From positions 320,001-384,000 of the forward strand of contig JBOEGF010000008.1 in NCBI GenBank assembly GCA_050633305.1: DNA of 64,000 nt. The letters are read 5' to 3'. A program made the translations under genes and the position numbers. This DNA comes from Nannocystales bacterium (lineage in GTDB: Bacteria > Myxococcota_A > Polyangia > Nannocystales > Nannocystaceae). Numbering within the stretch: the stretch's first letter is position 1; each line of letters opens with the position of its first letter. Shown piece by piece: positions 47,910-57,720 of this stretch. The notes beneath the pieces are model-generated. The model was not told the DNA's origin. It saw only the letters and a list, made by a program, of their open reading frames with translations, and did not search any database.

Positions 47910-48030
47910 GCGGACATCTCCTGTGAAGGCAGGCCCGTGTCCGCATGAAGGCCAGGAGGTGTCGAAGTTGTCGTGTCTCGCCGAGGATGGTTGCGTCGGC
48001 TTCCCGCGGACCGGAGGCCCACCACCCTAG
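47906..48030 (-). promoter_or_regulatory. Structured 5' leader, candidate cis-regulatory RNA
   Basis: 11-bp perfect inverted repeat (47906-47916 / 47938-47948) covering the start codon, plus an alternative anti-SD pairing (47913-47923 / 47953-47963, 10 of 11 matches). Confidence 0.55.
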
Positions 48031-48200
48031 AGAGCCCTCGCCGAACAATAGCGCGTCGTCGCTCGCACGTCCCCCTGATGGAAGTTGGCCTCCGTGGCGC
48101 AAGCACCCCCAGGCGACCACACCTCCGACCACGCACGACGGAGGTGACCCGATTCAGGCCCGGCCACGACCCGGGGTGCACAGTGGTGTACATACCAACG

Positions 48201-49193
48201 GTGCGATGGATCGCCGAAGCGCTCCTGGGATGCACCCTCGTTGCCTGCGGGGGCAGCGAGATCCGCACGGTCCCGATTCGCTTTGGCGATGGTGCCGCCG
48301 AACGCATCGACGGGCTCACGCCATGCACGGTGACCAGCGCCCAACCGGGGCGGCTCGACCCGGACGCGCCGCTGACCCTCCTCGTTCATGGCTGCAACGA
48401 TTCGGCCGGACGCTTCACAACGCTCGCGGACGTCTTCGAGGCGCATGGGCAGCAGGCCATCTGCTTCACCTACGAGTCCCGCGACACCATCGAGACAGCG
48501 GCTCAACGTCTACGGGGCGCACTGGCCCAGCTCGAACAGCGGCTTCCTGAGCAGCCGATTACGGTCCTCGGACACAGCCAAGGTGGCCTCGTCGCTCGCC
48601 ACGCACTCACCGCCACCGTAGCCGAGCCGAACCTCACCGCTGAATACAAGCTCGGCACCATCTCGTCGCCGTTCGCAGGCATCGATGCGGCGCGGCATTG
48701 CAGCATCGAATGGCTGTACGTTCTGTCGCTGGGAATCACCCCGGCGATCTGCCGTGGCATCGCCGGAAAGAACTGGCCGGAGATTCACCGTGACGCGGAC
48801 CTGGTGACAGAGCCTGGCCAGCTATCAACCTCGGTTGCATCGTATCTGCAGATCCGGACGGACGAGCGCGGGACCTGCCGACGGCTCGACGCGAAAGGAC
48901 GGTGTGCCGAGGACGACTTCGTGTTCAGTTTGGACGAGCAACGCAACCCCAAGGCGACCGGTCCTGGTTTCCGAGCGCTCGAAGTCCAGGCCGGCCACGT
49001 ACAGATCGTGGGGTTCGAGGGTGAGGCCCCGACCCAACTCATTGCGCTCCTCCAAGCCGAGGGCGTCATGAACCCCACGCCGGTCGAGCAACAAGACGGC
49101 CTCGCTCGACTCCTCACTCGCCTCTATCGCGACGACGTCCCGCCACGACTGGCCTCTCGGCCCTCGGGTGCTCTGGTGGTGCCGCTCCCATAG
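48201..49193 (+). CDS. Lipoprotein alpha/beta hydrolase (lipase/esterase-like)
   Basis: LVAC lipobox; LLVHG, GHSQGG, TISSPFAG. Start at GTG 48201. Confidence 0.82.
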   Translation: MRWIAEALLGCTLVACGGSEIRTVPIRFGDGAAERIDGLTPCTVTSAQPGRLDPDAPLTLLVHGCNDSAGRFTTLADVFEAHGQQAICFTYESRDTIETAAQRLRGALAQLEQRLPEQPITVLGHSQGGLVARHALTATVAEPNLTAEYKLGTISSPFAGIDAARHCSIEWLYVLSLGITPAICRGIAGKNWPEIHRDADLVTEPGQLSTSVASYLQIRTDERGTCRRLDAKGRCAEDDFVFSLDEQRNPKATGPGFRALEVQAGHVQIVGFEGEAPTQLIALLQAEGVMNPTPVEQQDGLARLLTRLYRDDVPPRLASRPSGALVVPLP

Positions 49194-49315
49194 AGCCCCT
49201 CCGAAGACGCCGATGAGCGTGCTCAGAACGCTCTGCGGGGAAGCTCTCTCGAGGGAGGACGTCGGTCCGCCCAGAACCGTCAGGTTTCCTGTGGTCGGCG
49301 CAAAGGGGTGGAGGC

Positions 49316-51010
49316 ATGACCACCCGACGCAGATTCCTCAAGTATCTGGCAACGATCCCGGCGTGCGATGCTGCGAGGCCTTCGTCCAGCGCCGATGTGT
49401 CATCGGGCACTGCCGCACGGGCTGGGCTGTTCGACGACGGCCGACCCGACATCGTGTTCATCTCGGTCGATGACCTCAACGACTGGCCCACGCCGTTCGA
49501 AGGCCCAAAGCCCACCATCGACCCTCAGGACGTGCTGACCCCGAACCTGGAGGCGCTCGCGCAGCAAGGCACGGTGTTCCAGCGGGCGTACTGCGCCGCC
49601 CCGATGTGCGGGCCCTCGCGCTCCGCCACGCTGACCGGGCTTCCGCCCTATGTCTCCGGCGTGACCCAGGCGGAGAACATCATGGTGCCGAAGACCGACG
49701 ATTTCGGTCCGCTGTTGGAGGCTCCGACAACGACCCTCCCCAGGCTGCTCCATGAGTCGGGCTACCGCACCTACGGTGCGGGGAAGGTGTTTCACGGGGG
49801 GGGGTTCGGAAGCGCAGACCGAAAGTTCCCCACGTGCGGCGTGGACCCCGAAGACCCGTCGTACGACTCGTGCGCCTGGGATGACTATCTGTTCTTGAGC
49901 AAACTCGTGCCGAAGGGGGCCTGCACTCCGAGACCCAAGGAGCCGACCGACATCTCGGATTCCGCTCTCCCCTGCCCTGGTCCGTTCGATCCGGCCACGT
50001 CGATGTTGCCCGACGCTCGCGTCGCTCGGTACGGCATCGATCGATTGAATCAGGCAGACCTCACCGAGCCCATGTTCCTGGCGCTGGGCTTCTTCAAGCC
50101 CCACAAACAGTGGGAGGCCCCCCAGGAGTTCTACGACCTGTACCCCGATGACAGGCTCGCGGAGCTCGATGCCGCGGTCGAGCGGGCCGACCAGGACGAC
50201 CTCACGTTCACCGGCTGCGTGACCCTTCGGGACGCGAGAAACTCCCCCCCGGATGCCACCTGGGATTCCGCGACCCGGAAGGCGATTCGAGGATACCTGG
50301 CATGCGTCAGCTACGTCGACCATCTGCTCGGGACTGTTCTCGACGCCATCGCCCAGCGACCCCGTCGAACGGTGGTCGTCCTATGGAGCGACCACGGATA
50401 CTTCATGGGCGAGAAGCGTGGCTGGAAGAAGCCCTCCCTGTACGAGCGAGCAACCCGTGTCCCGTTGATCATCGCAGACACGGCCGCGCCGACGGCTCAG
50501 TCCACGTTCAAGATGGCAAGCCTGATGGACCTGCTGCCCACGGTGCTGGACTATGCGAACGTCCCCGACCCGCTCCAGTACGGAGTGAGTCTTCGGCCGC
50601 TGGTCGAGGATGCGGACACCCCCTGGTTGCAGACGAGCGTCTTGTCGACCTTCAACTTTCAAGGTGACCTCACTCGAAGGGAGGACCAGTCATTCAACGC
50701 AGATGTGGAGCGATGCATGACCGACCAGGACGTCGAAGCGTGTGGGCCCTTCGTGCTCGCGTGCCCGACTCATCCCCCCCGGCTCTCGGGCGCTTCGTTC
50801 GCGTTGCGGACCGACCGCTATCGCTTCATCCGCTACCACGACGCTGGCGGGTTCTCCACCCAGACCGGAGCCGATTTGCCCACGCTCGAACTCTACGACT
50901 TGCAGAACGACCCCAACGAGCGCGACAACCTGCTCGTCAACGGGATCCCCTACGGCATGGAGACGCTGGTGGGGAAACTGTCGGCCGAGCTCGACGCCAA
51001 GCTCGGGTGA
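49316..51010 (+). CDS. Cys-type sulfatase (iduronate-2-sulfatase-like), Tat-exported
   Basis: RRRFLK twin-arginine signal; ISVDDLND, CGPSR (CxPxR), GKVFH, KPH, SDHG, ELYDLQNDPNE. Confidence 0.92.
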   Translation: MTTRRRFLKYLATIPACDAARPSSSADVSSGTAARAGLFDDGRPDIVFISVDDLNDWPTPFEGPKPTIDPQDVLTPNLEALAQQGTVFQRAYCAAPMCGPSRSATLTGLPPYVSGVTQAENIMVPKTDDFGPLLEAPTTTLPRLLHESGYRTYGAGKVFHGGGFGSADRKFPTCGVDPEDPSYDSCAWDDYLFLSKLVPKGACTPRPKEPTDISDSALPCPGPFDPATSMLPDARVARYGIDRLNQADLTEPMFLALGFFKPHKQWEAPQEFYDLYPDDRLAELDAAVERADQDDLTFTGCVTLRDARNSPPDATWDSATRKAIRGYLACVSYVDHLLGTVLDAIAQRPRRTVVVLWSDHGYFMGEKRGWKKPSLYERATRVPLIIADTAAPTAQSTFKMASLMDLLPTVLDYANVPDPLQYGVSLRPLVEDADTPWLQTSVLSTFNFQGDLTRREDQSFNADVERCMTDQDVEACGPFVLACPTHPPRLSGASFALRTDRYRFIRYHDAGGFSTQTGADLPTLELYDLQNDPNERDNLLVNGIPYGMETLVGKLSAELDAKLG

Positions 51011-51138
51011 CGCGGGCCACACGTCCGAACCATCCGAAGGATCGCGTCGAAGAGGAATCGTTTTCTTTCCGTCGCAGGCGCGCGGAAGCCAGGAGCGTTT
51101 CGTCGAATCGGTAGTGCGAGTGGTGCCGACCCCTCGCA

Positions 51139-51633
51139 ATGCGAAAGGACGATATATTTCCCTCCGGGCCCCCACACGAGGCCAGCGCAAGAAGCCGGGG
51201 GCACCGACGCATCACCGCATGCGGCTTCGCCGACGCGACGTATACCTGGAACCTCGACGAGGGCACGCAATACGACAACTTCTCGTCCGTGTGCTTTTGC
51301 GAGACGTTTGTCGGTCTCCCTGAACCTGAACCCGAACCCGAACCCGAACCCGAGCCCGAACCCGAACCCTGCGGGACCATGTGGGAGCAGGCCTACCAAG
51401 ACATGGGCGGCTTCCTGACCGGCTTCGGCCCCTCCGGAGCCTGGCAGCACGGCTCTGGGAGGGGGGAGTTCCACGTCCCGTGGATCGTGACACCTTCTGA
51501 CGAGGGTTATCTCGGCGCCGCCTGTTCGGACTCTTGCACCGGCTGTGGCTACGGTTCGAATAGCGACTCCACGCAGGAGACGTTCGCGAACGGCGGTCCT
51601 GCCAGCCGCGTTCGCTGCGACTGCAGCAACTGA
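51139..51633 (+). CDS. Small Cys-containing protein with Pro-Glu linker, possibly 5'-truncated
   Basis: Coding-like codon usage in the 3' two-thirds, a (PE)8 tract and a Cys-rich tail, but no signal peptide. Confidence 0.45.
   Translation: MRKDDIFPSGPPHEASARSRGHRRITACGFADATYTWNLDEGTQYDNFSSVCFCETFVGLPEPEPEPEPEPEPEPEPCGTMWEQAYQDMGGFLTGFGPSGAWQHGSGRGEFHVPWIVTPSDEGYLGAACSDSCTGCGYGSNSDSTQETFANGGPASRVRCDCSN
51320..51369 (+). repeat. Hexanucleotide repeat (CCYGAR)8 encoding PEPEPE
   Basis: cctgaacctgaacccgaacccgaacccgaacccgagcccgaacccgaaccc. Confidence 0.9.
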
Positions 51634-51705
51634 GGCGGCGTCCTCACGACCGCGATCGGCGGCGGAGCCCCACCATGGCTCCCCCCGGCCGCGCCGCGTG
51701 GAGAG

Positions 51706-53070
51706 CTAGCGGTGGTACGCCTGTACGAACCCGTCCACATCCCCGGACTCCACACGTCGGCCGGCGACCACGACGAGGTCGTCGGCACTCAGCGCGATGG
51801 CTGTGTAGAGCAACGTCGAAGTCTCCGGGGAGACGATGTCGATGGCCCAGACTTCCTCTCCCGCGGGGTCTCGCTTCTCGATCCGAGCCTCGTCGGGGTC
51901 CGCGTCGCTGCCTGAACTGCTGAGACGCCGCATCAACGCCACGGCGTTGTTGACACTGTCGAGGTGTAGACCATGACCTCGCCGCAACCCGGATGTGGCG
52001 CTCGAGGTTTCCGCGAAGCCGTCGTCGATGCGCAGAGTCCTCAACTGGAAGGATGCGGAGCCGAACGGGTCGAAGGTACCCGTGCCCAGGTGCACGGCAT
52101 AGGCGCCGTCGTCCCCCACCGCGGCTCCGTAGAGTAGGCCGTCGGTGCGCAGCATGTGTGCTTCGAGTTGGCCGTCGAAACTCCACAAGACAGGATCGGA
52201 CAGACCACCACCTGGGGCCGTCGATCCACGGACAACCACCTCGGCCGAGCCGGTCGCAAAACCGAAGAAGCGCGTGTTGTCGGGGCCCGTCTCAAGGTCC
52301 GCATAGCTCCCGTCGCTCGGGTCGACCGCTCCCAGCCACCCCCGGACAGGCTCCGCATCTACGGTGCCCACCAGCAACCACCGCGCACCGTCCCACGTGA
52401 CATCCACCGGCGCCCGGTCGCCGGGAAGGTCGGACTCCCACAACAGCTCTCCAGACGCTCGGTCCACGGCGGAGAGCCGCAGCACTTGAACGCCGGGACT
52501 GGGGTTCCACAGGTCCGACACCATCAGCGCCGCATCCTCGTTGATCCCGAGGGCATCGACACTTCCACCCCCGCCAACCGTCGGCACCGTGGCCTCCCAT
52601 GCGACGGCGCCAGAGGGGTCAAGCCCGATGAGGAACTGTTCTTCGCCCGACCAGAGGAATCCCCCCACGACAATTCCCGCCTCGTCGGCCGCCAATACAG
52701 AAGGCGGTGCGGCACCGAGCCCCACATTCAGAGGGGTGTGCCATGCCATCGTCCCAGTAGGCCGGCAGTCCGTGTTGCAGCCGTCGAGATCCACGGTGTT
52801 GCCGTCGTCGCATTCCTCGTCCGGGTCGACGAATCCGTCACCACACCCTTCGACGACGGAGCCACTGCTCGAGCCGGATTCGTCGCTTCCACTCTCCACC
52901 CCTGTGGATGAACTGCCGATCCCCGTTTCTGTACCGCCCGTACTGCCCGTGCTTGCAACTTCGCCTGTCGAGCCAACACCATCCTCCTCGTCGCCGTTGC
53001 TCTGGCACCCCGCTAGCGCGATCCCGAACGCGACGGTCCACCACCCCAAGTTGATCCGCATCGTGGTCAT
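51706..53070 (-). CDS. Lipoprotein with myxobacterial Cys-rich repeat (DUF4215-like) and beta-propeller-like domain
   Basis: LAGC lipobox; CGDGFVDPDEECDDGNTVDLDGCNTDC; repeated D..G...W blades. Confidence 0.8.
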   Translation of the reverse strand: MTTMRINLGWWTVAFGIALAGCQSNGDEEDGVGSTGEVASTGSTGGTETGIGSSSTGVESGSDESGSSSGSVVEGCGDGFVDPDEECDDGNTVDLDGCNTDCRPTGTMAWHTPLNVGLGAAPPSVLAADEAGIVVGGFLWSGEEQFLIGLDPSGAVAWEATVPTVGGGGSVDALGINEDAALMVSDLWNPSPGVQVLRLSAVDRASGELLWESDLPGDRAPVDVTWDGARWLLVGTVDAEPVRGWLGAVDPSDGSYADLETGPDNTRFFGFATGSAEVVVRGSTAPGGGLSDPVLWSFDGQLEAHMLRTDGLLYGAAVGDDGAYAVHLGTGTFDPFGSASFQLRTLRIDDGFAETSSATSGLRRGHGLHLDSVNNAVALMRRLSSSGSDADPDEARIEKRDPAGEEVWAIDIVSPETSTLLYTAIALSADDLVVVAGRRVESGDVDGFVQAYHR

Positions 53071-53380
53071 GCTGGCAGGGACGCCCGGAAACCGACGGGA
53101 TTCAGCCACGTGTTCCGATTACGTAGAACTACGTCTTTCTCGAACCGCGCAGGCGCGGTTTCGTCACGCCAACGCGAGACGTGGGCACCCGAGCTTCCCA
53201 GCGAACACGATGAGGCCGCCCCCGAAACGCCGGGGGCGAGAGGCATTCGAGGCTCTCCCCGAGCTCAGCACACGGCTCGTCGCGGCGCCACCACGCCGCA
53301 GACGCGAGACCGGATGGCACCCATGCGCCCACGCATGAGCACAGGCAAAACAATCCTCGCCACGGCTTCGACTACGGGCC

Positions 53381-55063
53381 ATGACACCGAGAACAGCCCT
53401 ATGGGTCGCCTTGACCCTGAGCACGATCGCATGCGCCGAGGACCCCGAGGTCACGGCGACCGACACGAGCGGCTCTGATCCACAGACGGGATCGACAACC
53501 TCCGAGGCTTCGACGACGACCGGAGTCACCGGCGACACGGACATGCTCCTCACCTCATCCTCGGCATCGAGCGGCTCAGATCCAACCCTCCTGAGCCGCA
53601 CAGTCGAGGCCATGGGGGGGGAGACGGCCATCCTCGACCTTCGGTCGCTCCGATATTCGCTCGAGGGTCGCGTCGATGCACACAGCGAGACCTCGGACCC
53701 CAACGTAGGCCAACCCCGCCTCCAGCACGGGATCGCAGCCGAGGTCTCCTATGACATCGACGATGAGATGCTGCGCTACGAGTACGTCCGCAACCTGGAG
53801 ATCGTAGGAACGGTCGTTACGCAGTCCGAGGTCTTCGCCGACGACCGAGGTACGTTTCTTGGCGCGGACATCGTCGGCGTCCCCGCGGGTGTCATGACGG
53901 CAGATCGGGTGGCCTCGACCCTTCGACAACAGCAGTGGCTCACTCCGGCGACCCTGATCGCGGACGTCCTGCAGGGGACAAGAGGCTGGCACGGAGATGG
54001 CTCGACCCGGTTCGACGGTGTGGATGTGGACGTCCTTCGCGTCGACGACGAAGTCTCTCCGATCGATCTCTACATTGGGATGGACGGCACATTGCTGGGA
54101 CTGCGGGTCATGGAGAACGACATGCTTCTGCGCGACGTGGAAACGACCGTGCGGTACGAAGACTGGAGAGACGTCGCGCAAGGGCCCCGAGTGCCCTACG
54201 ACGTGACGATCGCCGTCGATGGCTACCCCGTGCGGGAGGAAACTCGAGCGGACATCGAAGCGAACGTCGACTTCGAGGCCGCCACGTTCGCAGAAGCTCA
54301 GGCTCTCGCCGGACCGATCGATGCCGCCCTGTTCGATCTCGGCACTCGGACCCCGCACGGCTACCAGATGATTCCTGCTCGGATCTCCGACGGCCGCCCC
54401 TCGTTCCTGATGCCGGAGCCCCTGGCCCCGGGCGTCACGGTCCTCCGGGGCACTTTCCACAACACCATCGTTGTCGAGCAGGAGGCAGGCCTTGTCGTGA
54501 TCGAGGCTGGAGGGTACCCGGAGCGTTCCGCCGCACTTCTCGCCTGGGTCGAGGCCACGTATCCCGATATGGACATCACGACGCTCGCCGTGACGCACCA
54601 CCACTATGACGTGGTCGCAGGAGTTCGCGGCGCACTGGCCAGCGGAGCGACCCTGCTCGCATCGGCGCGGGCACAAGAGTTCTGGGCACGCGTACTCGGG
54701 GCGGAGTCCACCATCGTCCCCGACGCATTCGCCCAACTGGAACGCACGGCCCAGGTCCAGTGGGTTCCCGACGGAGCCTCTACGATGCTCCCGGACCGGA
54801 CCCACCCGATTCAAGCGCACCACGTCGTCGCGCGACACGCCGAAGACTCCCTCATCTACTGGCTCCCCGCGCAAGACCTCGTCGTCGTGACGGACCTGTA
54901 CAGCCCAGGTTTTCCCTTCATCACGGAGGAGACCATCCACGGTGCCCAGGACTTCAACACCCTTCTCCTTGAACTCGAGATCCCGGAGACCACGCGCATC
55001 GTCACCGGCGTGGGGTTCGGCACACCGACCGTCGCTGAGTTCCGAGAGGAGTTCAACCTCTGA
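53381..55063 (+). CDS. Lipoprotein with C-terminal metallo-beta-lactamase fold (metal motif degenerate)
   Basis: TIAC lipobox; HNTIVVE, THHHYDV, HAED, DLYSP. Confidence 0.82.
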   Translation: MTPRTALWVALTLSTIACAEDPEVTATDTSGSDPQTGSTTSEASTTTGVTGDTDMLLTSSSASSGSDPTLLSRTVEAMGGETAILDLRSLRYSLEGRVDAHSETSDPNVGQPRLQHGIAAEVSYDIDDEMLRYEYVRNLEIVGTVVTQSEVFADDRGTFLGADIVGVPAGVMTADRVASTLRQQQWLTPATLIADVLQGTRGWHGDGSTRFDGVDVDVLRVDDEVSPIDLYIGMDGTLLGLRVMENDMLLRDVETTVRYEDWRDVAQGPRVPYDVTIAVDGYPVREETRADIEANVDFEAATFAEAQALAGPIDAALFDLGTRTPHGYQMIPARISDGRPSFLMPEPLAPGVTVLRGTFHNTIVVEQEAGLVVIEAGGYPERSAALLAWVEATYPDMDITTLAVTHHHYDVVAGVRGALASGATLLASARAQEFWARVLGAESTIVPDAFAQLERTAQVQWVPDGASTMLPDRTHPIQAHHVVARHAEDSLIYWLPAQDLVVVTDLYSPGFPFITEETIHGAQDFNTLLLELEIPETTRIVTGVGFGTPTVAEFREEFNL

Positions 55064-55128
55064 AACGCCTCCCGCGGGCAAGGAGGCTTCAGTAACGCCG
55101 GCAGTACCGTTGGCGTTCCCCGTGCCAC

Positions 55129-56763
55129 ATGTTGCATATACAACCTTCCGCAAGAACGAACGTCGGGGAACTCAAGACCCTAGCCGTGTGCACGGGGTTC
55201 GTCCTCGCCCTGGTTGGCGGCCAAGTCGGATGTGACGGCGACCCCCCTGCCGCCGAAGACCCGATTGCGCTGCTGTACGCGTCGGTGGGCGGCGCTGACG
55301 CCCTGGCGTCGTTTGAAACGGTGACCTACGAGGCTTCCGGCTCGCAGTTCGTCCATTCAGAAGCCCACAGGCCCGGCGAGCTGTTGCAGACGAACACGTT
55401 CGAGGCCGAGGTGGCCTATGAGTGGTCGAGCGGCCGCAGCCGTTCGTCGGAAGTCCGAGACACACAGTTTCCTTTCCCACTCCCGCGGCAGTTCACGCGT
55501 CTGCTGCAGGGTGGGTCGGGGTGGACCGACGGCTTGGAAGGCGTGCCGGTGTTGGCCCCTCCAGGGGACATCGACCCGGACAAGGCAGCCGGACACGCGC
55601 GGGTGCTGGAGTTGCTCGTGCCGCAGATCTTGCTCCGGAAGGTCGCGACAGGACAACTGAGCGCCGAGTACGAGGGGTTGGACGACTTCGAGAGCTCCCC
55701 CCACCATCGCTTCCGGCTCGGTGAGGGCGCAGAAGCGGTGGAGGTCTTCGTGGACCAGGACTCCGGGCGCCTCGACGGGATGCGGCTGGCGGTCCACGAC
55801 ACCCTGTTGTGCGATCAGGACCTCGAGGTCCATTTCGAATCGTGGTCAGATATCGGCGCGTTCCCCTTTCCCGGACACGCGGAGCTTCGTGGATTCGGAG
55901 GCGTGATTCACACCGAGGACCGGACGATGGTGGAGATCAACGAAGCGTTGGACCCCGACCTATTCGCCGTACCACCGGAGGCCCTCCTGCCCGAAGACGC
56001 GGCGCTGGCAAACCGAGGCCGACTCCAGTTCCCTTACTACCACTTCACCTCGGCGATGGGTGTCCCGTTCTCACTCAATCAAGACCAGATCGAGGCTATC
56101 CCGCTCGCCGAAGGGGTGACGATGTTGGTCGCGACTCACAATAGTTTGGTGATCGAGCAGGCCAACCGCATCGTCGTCATCGAGGCTCCGCTGGACGGGC
56201 GACGCTCGGAGGCGATCCTAGGCTGGGTTGAATCTGAGTATCCAAGCAAACCCGTTTCCCACGTGATCTCCACTCATCACCATCTCGACCACGCGGGTGG
56301 ACTCCGTCGGTTCGTCGCCGAAGGCGTCGCTGTCATCGTCGCCGAGTCAGGGACGGCGTTCCTCGAAAACGAAGTGGTCGGAGCAACGTGCTCCATCCTG
56401 CCGGACACGCTCGCCCTCTCTCCAACACCGGCGGAGCTCATCGGGGTCTCGGCCGGGTCCAGCCTGTCGCTCGACGACCCGCAGGTCCCCGTCATCGCCT
56501 ATCAGATCGACACCGAACACGCGGCCGATATGCTGATCGTGCACCTTCCGCAGCAAGGGATCACCTTCAACTCCGACCTCTACTCACCGCTACCGCCCGA
56601 GTTGAAGGGCCTGGTGACGCCGTACTTTCGCGACATCGAACTCTTGGACTTCAGCGCAGGGCTGGCGCAGCACGCCATCGTTCCGCAGGTCATCGTGGGC
56701 GGGCATGGAGCCGTCGCAACCGGAGAGGCCTTCGCAGCCGACGTCGCGGCGCTGGAGAGGTGA
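55129..56763 (+). CDS. Lipoprotein with C-terminal metallo-beta-lactamase fold
   Basis: QVGC lipobox; HNSLVIE, THHHLDHAGG, HAADM, SDLYSP, GGHG. Start codon uncertain. Confidence 0.85.
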   Translation: MLHIQPSARTNVGELKTLAVCTGFVLALVGGQVGCDGDPPAAEDPIALLYASVGGADALASFETVTYEASGSQFVHSEAHRPGELLQTNTFEAEVAYEWSSGRSRSSEVRDTQFPFPLPRQFTRLLQGGSGWTDGLEGVPVLAPPGDIDPDKAAGHARVLELLVPQILLRKVATGQLSAEYEGLDDFESSPHHRFRLGEGAEAVEVFVDQDSGRLDGMRLAVHDTLLCDQDLEVHFESWSDIGAFPFPGHAELRGFGGVIHTEDRTMVEINEALDPDLFAVPPEALLPEDAALANRGRLQFPYYHFTSAMGVPFSLNQDQIEAIPLAEGVTMLVATHNSLVIEQANRIVVIEAPLDGRRSEAILGWVESEYPSKPVSHVISTHHHLDHAGGLRRFVAEGVAVIVAESGTAFLENEVVGATCSILPDTLALSPTPAELIGVSAGSSLSLDDPQVPVIAYQIDTEHAADMLIVHLPQQGITFNSDLYSPLPPELKGLVTPYFRDIELLDFSAGLAQHAIVPQVIVGGHGAVATGEAFAADVAALER

Positions 56764-57022
56764 ACACGGCGGTCGAACCGTTGGAGGCCCTCGATTCATC
56801 CGGGCATCGCAAGCGGAGCACCGCGACGCGGTCCTGTTGCGAATCCGGGTCGGCGGAAATGCGGCAGATTGCGCGGTCGAACGGGTCGCCTCGCCCCCGC
56901 GGCAACAACCTGCAATGAGGCTCCGAGTCCCAAACACGCGCATCGGGCCACGGCTCGGGTATTTGCGCGACCAAAGCCCTGCTGGTATTGTCCGCGCGAA
57001 TTCGCGCAGGATAAAACAAACC

Positions 57023-57547
57023 GTGCAAGCAACACTCAAAGCATTTGTAGCCATCTCCGCATTTCTCGTGGCAACCCCCGCCCTTGCTAACAATGGGACC
57101 TGGGAACAGCTCTCCGGGGGCGCCACGTATTGGGGCAATGACGATTACGCCTGCTCGGGCAACAACTACGACATCTATTGGCACAACAGCCAGAGTGTGC
57201 AGGACCTGATCGGCGAGGACTGCGAATCCCCCGGCGAGAGTTTCTCGGTCCCGATCTACTCGCAGCAGGGCTGGGACTGCGACGAGATTTTCCTATTCAC
57301 CGACCTCGAGTGCGTCGCCCCCCAAACGACGGGGTCGTGGGAACGCGAAGGCGGCCAGTACTGGGGGAACGACGACTACGCCTGCTCCGGAAACAACTAC
57401 GAGTTCTTCGACTACGGGTCTCAGTACACCGAAGACCTGGTCGGCGAGGACTGCGTGTTGGGGGACGCGATTTCGATCCCCGTGTACTCGCAGCAGGGGT
57501 GGGACTGCGACGAGATCTTCCTGTTCGAAGACTTCGTCTGCGAGTAG
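57023..57547 (+). CDS. Small secreted acidic protein made of two ~72-aa tandem repeats
   Basis: Signal peptide ending PALA; YWGNDDYACSGNNY and YSQQGWDCDEIFLF each occur twice. Confidence 0.8.
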   Translation: MQATLKAFVAISAFLVATPALANNGTWEQLSGGATYWGNDDYACSGNNYDIYWHNSQSVQDLIGEDCESPGESFSVPIYSQQGWDCDEIFLFTDLECVAPQTTGSWEREGGQYWGNDDYACSGNNYEFFDYGSQYTEDLVGEDCVLGDAISIPVYSQQGWDCDEIFLFEDFVCE

Positions 57548-57720
57548 CGACCCCTCGCGCGCTCAGGCGCCGATAGGTTCCCGCGTTGGCGCGGGTTGGG
57601 GACCCCCCTTGGGGAGGTCGTCCCCGAGCGTGCCTTCGTCATCCGGCAGGCGAGGGCACCGTGGTGGAGACCGTGGACTGGGTACCGACACCGCGGGTTC
57701 GTTCGGCTATGCTCTCGCCG

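Noticed and set aside
53576..55153. 525-aa minus-strand ORF (also 25925-27475, 22236-23765 and 60057-61511)
   Set aside because: Antisense shadows of better-supported plus-strand genes.
56982..56997. Possible sigma-54 promoter (GG-N10-GC) upstream of the repeat protein
   Set aside because: It lacks the TGGCAC and TTGC consensus context, so support is too weak.
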